From: Vulcanimicrobiota bacterium
GTDB lineage: Bacteria; Vulcanimicrobiota; Vulcanimicrobiia; Vulcanimicrobiales; Vulcanimicrobiaceae
Assembly: GCA_963733295.1 (NCBI GenBank)
Contig: CAVTCS010000003.1
Location: forward strand, 1,760,001 to 1,824,000
Length of the DNA: 64,000 nt
Direction: 5' to 3'
Shown here: positions 59,499 to 64,000 of the stretch, piece after piece
Numbering within the stretch: position 1 is the first letter of the stretch
How the letters are laid out: every line of letters begins with the position of its first letter
Position numbers and translations under genes: made by a program
The notes under the pieces: generated by a model
What the model was told of the DNA's origin: nothing
What the model saw: the letters and a program-made list of their open reading frames with translations, nothing else
Databases searched by the model: none

Positions 59499-60472
59499 AG
59501 CGTGGAGAGCGCCGCCCCGCTTATACCGACGCGCACCTCGACGCGCCCGCCGGTCGTCGCGCTCACTCCGACGGTGCCGTGATCGGGAAGTTCCGCGACG
59601 GGGACCGAGCCGAGCAAATCGCGGTACGTCGATGCCGGCTTGCCGGCGCTCCGCTCGTGCTCGAGAAAAAACTCGCGAACTCGTCCGACGTTCCCGAGCG
59701 AGCGAGACCGCGCGAACAGCGTCAGCAGCGGTTCTGGGTCGTCCGAAAGCGGCGTGATGCTATAGCCGAAGTTGATCCAGCGAAGAGCGGTGCGGGCCGG
59801 CACGTTGCACAGCGCTACGAACGCTTCAAGCACCGCGCCGCGACGCTCGCTTTGGAAGTGACCTCGCAGCAGCCGGTCGACATCGAGGAGACCGTGCATC
59901 GGCGGCTGGCGGAAATAGTATTCATACGTGCCGGTCCCGCAGTCGTAGCCGAGCATGATCAAGCGACTGTCCGGCGTCATGCGAAAGCGCTCCGCGCCGG
60001 CGGCAGCACCGCTGTTCTCCGGAAGCTCCAGATAGAGCTTGAACCGATCGGCGCGCTCACCTTGGCGGACGCCGAACCAGGCTCCCCAGCGCAGCGCTTT
60101 GCCGGTTTGAAGCGAGTGCCAGAACTCGAGCGCTTCGTGCGGCGGCGTTACGTCACCGAGCAGCCGGCAGAGTTCGACCGCGGCGCCGGCCCGAACGTGC
60201 GCAGCGAGTTCCGGGCCGCCCACTTCGATCGTATACCGTAACCGGTCGTCGCTGCTGGAGAAAGCGAGTTCGACGGGACTGCCATCGCCGTTCAAAGCGC
60301 TGAAATTCCACGCGGCGGCGGGTTGCGTCGATTCTTCGAAGCGCCGCAGACACCGAGCGAGCCCCTGCGCGATCCTCGCGGCTGACGCCGGCGAGCCGCC
60401 GCGAGCGGCCGCACCTCGCGCCGCATCCACGATGGTTCGCGCAGGACTCTCCAGCAGCGCCGTTTCGCTCAA
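59483..60472 (-). CDS. Putative ABBA/DMATS-like aromatic prenyltransferase
   Basis: SALNGDGSPVELAF...LRYTIE and RFKLYLE resemble the DMATS S..D.SP.E, R...E and KxY motifs. Confidence 0.5.
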   Translation of the reverse strand: MSETALLESPARTIVDAARGAAARGGSPASAARIAQGLARCLRRFEESTQPAAAWNFSALNGDGSPVELAFSSSDDRLRYTIEVGGPELAAHVRAGAAVELCRLLGDVTPPHEALEFWHSLQTGKALRWGAWFGVRQGERADRFKLYLELPENSGAAAGAERFRMTPDSRLIMLGYDCGTGTYEYYFRQPPMHGLLDVDRLLRGHFQSERRGAVLEAFVALCNVPARTALRWINFGYSITPLSDDPEPLLTLFARSRSLGNVGRVREFFLEHERSAGKPASTYRDLLGSVPVAELPDHGTVGVSATTGGRVEVRVGISGAALSTLCRAR

Positions 60473-62739
60473 CTACCGGCGCTCACGAGCACGAGACTAT
60501 CTTGCGCGGTGATGTAGTTGCCTTGGGTTTTCTGGTTGGCATGGTCCAGGAGCGTAATCCGGTACTGATATTGGTTCTGCGTCGGATCGATTACCGGCAC
60601 GTGCACTTGCACCGGTTGGCTCGACCCGTTCATTTGAAACGTCGTCTGGAAGGCGTAGTTGTTGGTGGAGTCTTTGTACGACAGCTCGACGACCGCAAGG
60701 CTGATGGCGTTCGGATCGAAAGCGGGTTGGAACGTCAGGTTGAGGCCCCCGGCGAACGGATCGCTGACGATCAGCGCGCTGGCGGTGGTCGTCGTTGCGG
60801 GGTGGCTGATGAGCGTTCCGTCCTTCAAATAGCAGTTGGTCGAGTAGCTGTAGGTTCGCGCGCTCGTATCGGCGAGCCGCAAATTGAAGCTCTGCGCCGC
60901 CGCGCCCGGCCGCACCACGATCGTCGTCGAGGCTTGCCAGCCACTCGCTGCGGTGTACTGAATCGGGACCTCGATGCGATCGACCGTCCCCGGATCGATC
61001 CGGCCCGGTTGGATGGAGATCTGCAAGAAGCCGAGCGTGTCGAACGGGTCGAGCGTGAGCAAGCGGTTTTCGGTCGTGACGGGCGGCAACGTATACGAAG
61101 TCTTTTCACCTTGCCAGCCCGACTCGGGATCGAACTCGTAGTCGATCGTGTAGGTGTAGCTCGTTTTCTGAATCAGGCCTTCGAAGACCGCCCACGTCTG
61201 TTGCGTCGTGTGCGCCGGATCGAACACAAAATCGCCATGCTTCACGCCCGCGGCACTCGTCGGATCGCCGTAATCGAGGCCGACGTGAGCCGAGAGCAAC
61301 CCGATGCCCGTAAAATCGTGCGGCGGGTTGATCGTCACCGCGAAGTTGTTGAAGAACGGATCGTTCCCGGCAACCTTGAGGAAATGCTTGCTCAGGTCGA
61401 TGTTTGACAGCATCAAACCAAAGTAGCCCTGAGGCGAGTACGTCCGCTGCACCGCGTTCATTTGGTTGTACTCGTACTCGACGGTTTTCAGCTCGTCTTG
61501 TTCGACGAACTTCAGCCGCAGCGCGACGCCGAACGGCGAAGCCGCCGACGACGCCCCGGCAGCGGTACCGGCCGCTTTCGCGATCGCGTTCGCAACGGGC
61601 GCCGCCGCTGCCGCAACAGGTGACGGCGTTGCAGGCTTCGCGGGGGCTGCGGGCTTCGCAGGAGTTGCGGGCGTCGCGGAACCCGAAGGCGGCGCTGCGG
61701 TCATTGTGGTCGCGCCACCCGAAGCGCCTGCGGGAGCACCCATCGACCCCGAGGCCGGTTTTGCCGACGACATGCTCGAGGCACTCGACGGAGTGCTTCC
61801 CCCCATCGTCGTTGTCGGGGGCTTCGCGCTTTGCGCCGACGTCGTGGGCGACGTGCCGGTCGTGCCGTACGGCTTGGCGCCGGTGCTGACCGATTGTGCG
61901 TCGGCAGCTGCCGCCGTCGTCGGGCTCAAACTCGGCGTGAACCACGTCGACATGATCTGATCCTTGAACAAGTTCAGCGCCCACGTTTCGGCGCTCTGCG
62001 TCGCGGCGTCCGAGCTGAGGCTGATGACGTTGATCTGGATGACGCCGTCTTGGCGCAATTTCTCAAAGGTCGCATCGATCCCGGCGGAAACGAAGTACGC
62101 CTGCGCCGTCAGATCGACGCTGAACGACTCGTAGGCGCGCTTGAGATCGCAGGTGATCTTCACGTCGAGCGCCGGCAACACGCCGGTGAATTGCAGGTTG
62201 TAGATCCCGCCGACCGGCGTCATGCCGTCTTGAAAGGCTTGTTCGAGAATCGTCGCGCCTTCTTCGGTCAGCGTCAATCCGAACACCGCGTCGTTGTTGC
62301 CGAAGAGCTCGGGGCTGCTCGCGCCTAGGATGCGCTCCACGGCCTGCCCCGTGCCGGCCGGCGCGGCGCCGGCACTCGTACCGCCGGCACCCTGCAGATC
62401 GAGTGCGACGATTTGGACGGTGCCCGAGTCGAACGAGACCGGCGCGAGCTTCGGAGTGTCGACGTTCGGGAATTGGTTTCGAATCTGTCCGATGATCTGC
62501 GTCTGCGTATCGTCGCTGACTTTGAGGGCCAGCGTCACGTTGAGAAAGCCGCTGCCTTGTATGCCGGTGCCGGCGACGTCGGGCGCGTACATGATCAACA
62601 AGAACTGCGGTTCGTCGCTGCCGCTCTCAGACTCGAGGCCGACGGGACCTGGAAGATACCAAAACTGACTCGGATCGGCGTGATCCGGGAACACCGTGAT
62701 GCCGTTGACGGTAAAGGTGTCGCTCGAGAATAAAAGCAT
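60469..62739 (-). CDS. Large uncharacterised protein: conserved N-domain, A/S/T/P-rich insert, about 3 C-terminal beta-sandwich repeats
   Basis: 756 aa; VFPDHADP.QFWYLP N-terminus; repeated YTY/YSY/YQY units; no signal peptide seen. Confidence 0.8.
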   Translation of the reverse strand: MLLFSSDTFTVNGITVFPDHADPSQFWYLPGPVGLESESGSDEPQFLLIMYAPDVAGTGIQGSGFLNVTLALKVSDDTQTQIIGQIRNQFPNVDTPKLAPVSFDSGTVQIVALDLQGAGGTSAGAAPAGTGQAVERILGASSPELFGNNDAVFGLTLTEEGATILEQAFQDGMTPVGGIYNLQFTGVLPALDVKITCDLKRAYESFSVDLTAQAYFVSAGIDATFEKLRQDGVIQINVISLSSDAATQSAETWALNLFKDQIMSTWFTPSLSPTTAAAADAQSVSTGAKPYGTTGTSPTTSAQSAKPPTTTMGGSTPSSASSMSSAKPASGSMGAPAGASGGATTMTAAPPSGSATPATPAKPAAPAKPATPSPVAAAAAPVANAIAKAAGTAAGASSAASPFGVALRLKFVEQDELKTVEYEYNQMNAVQRTYSPQGYFGLMLSNIDLSKHFLKVAGNDPFFNNFAVTINPPHDFTGIGLLSAHVGLDYGDPTSAAGVKHGDFVFDPAHTTQQTWAVFEGLIQKTSYTYTIDYEFDPESGWQGEKTSYTLPPVTTENRLLTLDPFDTLGFLQISIQPGRIDPGTVDRIEVPIQYTAASGWQASTTIVVRPGAAAQSFNLRLADTSARTYSYSTNCYLKDGTLISHPATTTTASALIVSDPFAGGLNLTFQPAFDPNAISLAVVELSYKDSTNNYAFQTTFQMNGSSQPVQVHVPVIDPTQNQYQYRITLLDHANQKTQGNYITAQDSLVLVSAGS

Positions 62740-62769
62740 GGCGTTCTCAATGCTCCCGCGGGAGGCGGC

Positions 62770-63999
62770 TTAGGAGAGATTGTTGAGAGGAATGACTAGC
62801 GCGTTGCCGGCGATCGGCGTCCAGTCGATGCTCTTCGTCTGACCGTTCGTCAGTTGGATGTCGGCGCGGTATTGCGGCGCCACGTTCGGATCGACGTAGT
62901 CGTACGCAAAGCTGCGCACGTCGGCAGCGGTCGCAAGGGTGACCGACTCGCTGAGGTCGATCGCATTTGTCGCGTCGACGTAGCGAATGCCGACCACGAT
63001 CTGACCGATCTGGCTCGCCGTGAAGTCGACCTGCTGCGGCGCGATCGAAAGGATCTGATGTCCTTTCATGTTGTTCTGCAGCATCAGGTACTGATCCGAG
63101 GTCACCGATCCCGGAATGGTCCAGATTTGACCGTTCGTGTGGACGAGCTGCGCTTCGTAGTAGATCAGGTTCTGCGTTGGATCTTGCCGGTCGACGGTGA
63201 AAGGCGGCGCCGCCGCGTTGCTCGCGGTCAAGGTGTAGGTCTGTTGAACTGCGGGATTGCTCTTGCTGGGGTAAGCCACGAAAACCAGCGCCTCCTGAAA
63301 TTGGGTCCAGTCGAGCGCGGCGATCACATTGAGCGTGAGCTTTGAGGGGAACGGATCGACGACGTCGATCTTCGAGGCGCTGGTCGTAACCCACGGCGAG
63401 ACGCTCGTCCCGCCGGAGACGAGGCTGTAGGTCAAGCGGTACTGGAAGCTGCGCAGGCTCGGATCGCACATGAAGAGGGGCCAATCGACTTCGGGATTGG
63501 CGCTCGTCATGATCGCGCTCGGCTGCTCGTTGATGGCATTCTTCGCGTCGACGTAGCGGCACTCGACCTCGACGCTGGGATAGCGGTCCCAGGGAAAGCC
63601 GAACGCGCGAACCGGAATGACGGTCACGCCGTAGACGTCGCCCCGCGGCTCGATGTCGAGCACGTCGCCGGTAACCGTTTGCGGCGCGCTCGTGAGTTTG
63701 TTGGGCCGCTGGGTCGTATCGACGTTCATGAAGTTGACGGTGTAGGTGTAGCTCACCGGGCGCTGCATCTGGCCGTTCGAGAGCACGCTGCTCCAGTTAC
63801 AAGAACCTTGCGAGGCCGCGCCGGTCAACGAGACCGACTGAACGCTGCCGTTGTAGGTGAGGTTCACGTCGATCGAGGCGATCGAATCGCCGGCGAAGTC
63901 GGCGTGCGTGACCACGTTGACCGTGCGGCGCTGAAAATACGGATTGTCGAGATCGACCTTGACGACGAACTGCCCCAGGCCCGTTCCCGGTTTGAGTTC
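62770..63999 (-). CDS. Partial paralog of the 756-aa protein (5' end outside the window), about 4 beta-sandwich repeats
   Basis: Frame open to the window edge; FVVKVDLDNPYFQRRTVNV parallels FLKVAGNDPFFNNFAVTI; shared DPF and YQY/YTY repeats. Confidence 0.82.
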   Translation of the reverse strand, partial: ELKPGTGLGQFVVKVDLDNPYFQRRTVNVVTHADFAGDSIASIDVNLTYNGSVQSVSLTGAASQGSCNWSSVLSNGQMQRPVSYTYTVNFMNVDTTQRPNKLTSAPQTVTGDVLDIEPRGDVYGVTVIPVRAFGFPWDRYPSVEVECRYVDAKNAINEQPSAIMTSANPEVDWPLFMCDPSLRSFQYRLTYSLVSGGTSVSPWVTTSASKIDVVDPFPSKLTLNVIAALDWTQFQEALVFVAYPSKSNPAVQQTYTLTASNAAAPPFTVDRQDPTQNLIYYEAQLVHTNGQIWTIPGSVTSDQYLMLQNNMKGHQILSIAPQQVDFTASQIGQIVVGIRYVDATNAIDLSESVTLATAADVRSFAYDYVDPNVAPQYRADIQLTNGQTKSIDWTPIAGNALVIPLNNLS

Positions 64000-64000
64000 G

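Overview
High-GC bacterial chromosomal window. The gene families present (copper-amine-oxidase-N/Pro-rich/beta-barrel proteins, tandem family-5 solute-binding proteins, TolC, TonB receptor) suggest a diderm Terrabacterium such as Ca. Eremiobacterota; this is an inference. It opens with a TPR-dppA-pheA operon. An IS hotspot follows (2.3-6.7 kb): two inverted, near-identical IS3-type elements, the second cut by another IS3 remnant, bracketing an orphan membrane gene and three TTAYGTA-containing direct repeats. From about 6.8 to 46 kb lies a dense patchwork of unrelated single genes, including truncated or frameshifted ones, a gene-sized 998-bp duplication, an orphan Xre/MbcA-type antitoxin and an orphan TOPRIM-Zn-AAA primase-helicase. 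Then come three tandem peptide SBPs, an MFP-TolC pair and two stalk-polyPro-beta-barrel envelope proteins. The most striking locus is the right end (58.5-64 kb, minus strand, open upstream): two paralogous large beta-rich proteins of unknown function lie in an apparent operon, by overlapping codons, with an ABBA/DMATS-like prenyltransferase and an MstE-like monodomain class II terpene cyclase. This is a candidate protein-terpenylation or meroterpenoid system. No rRNA, tRNA or CRISPR array was recognised.
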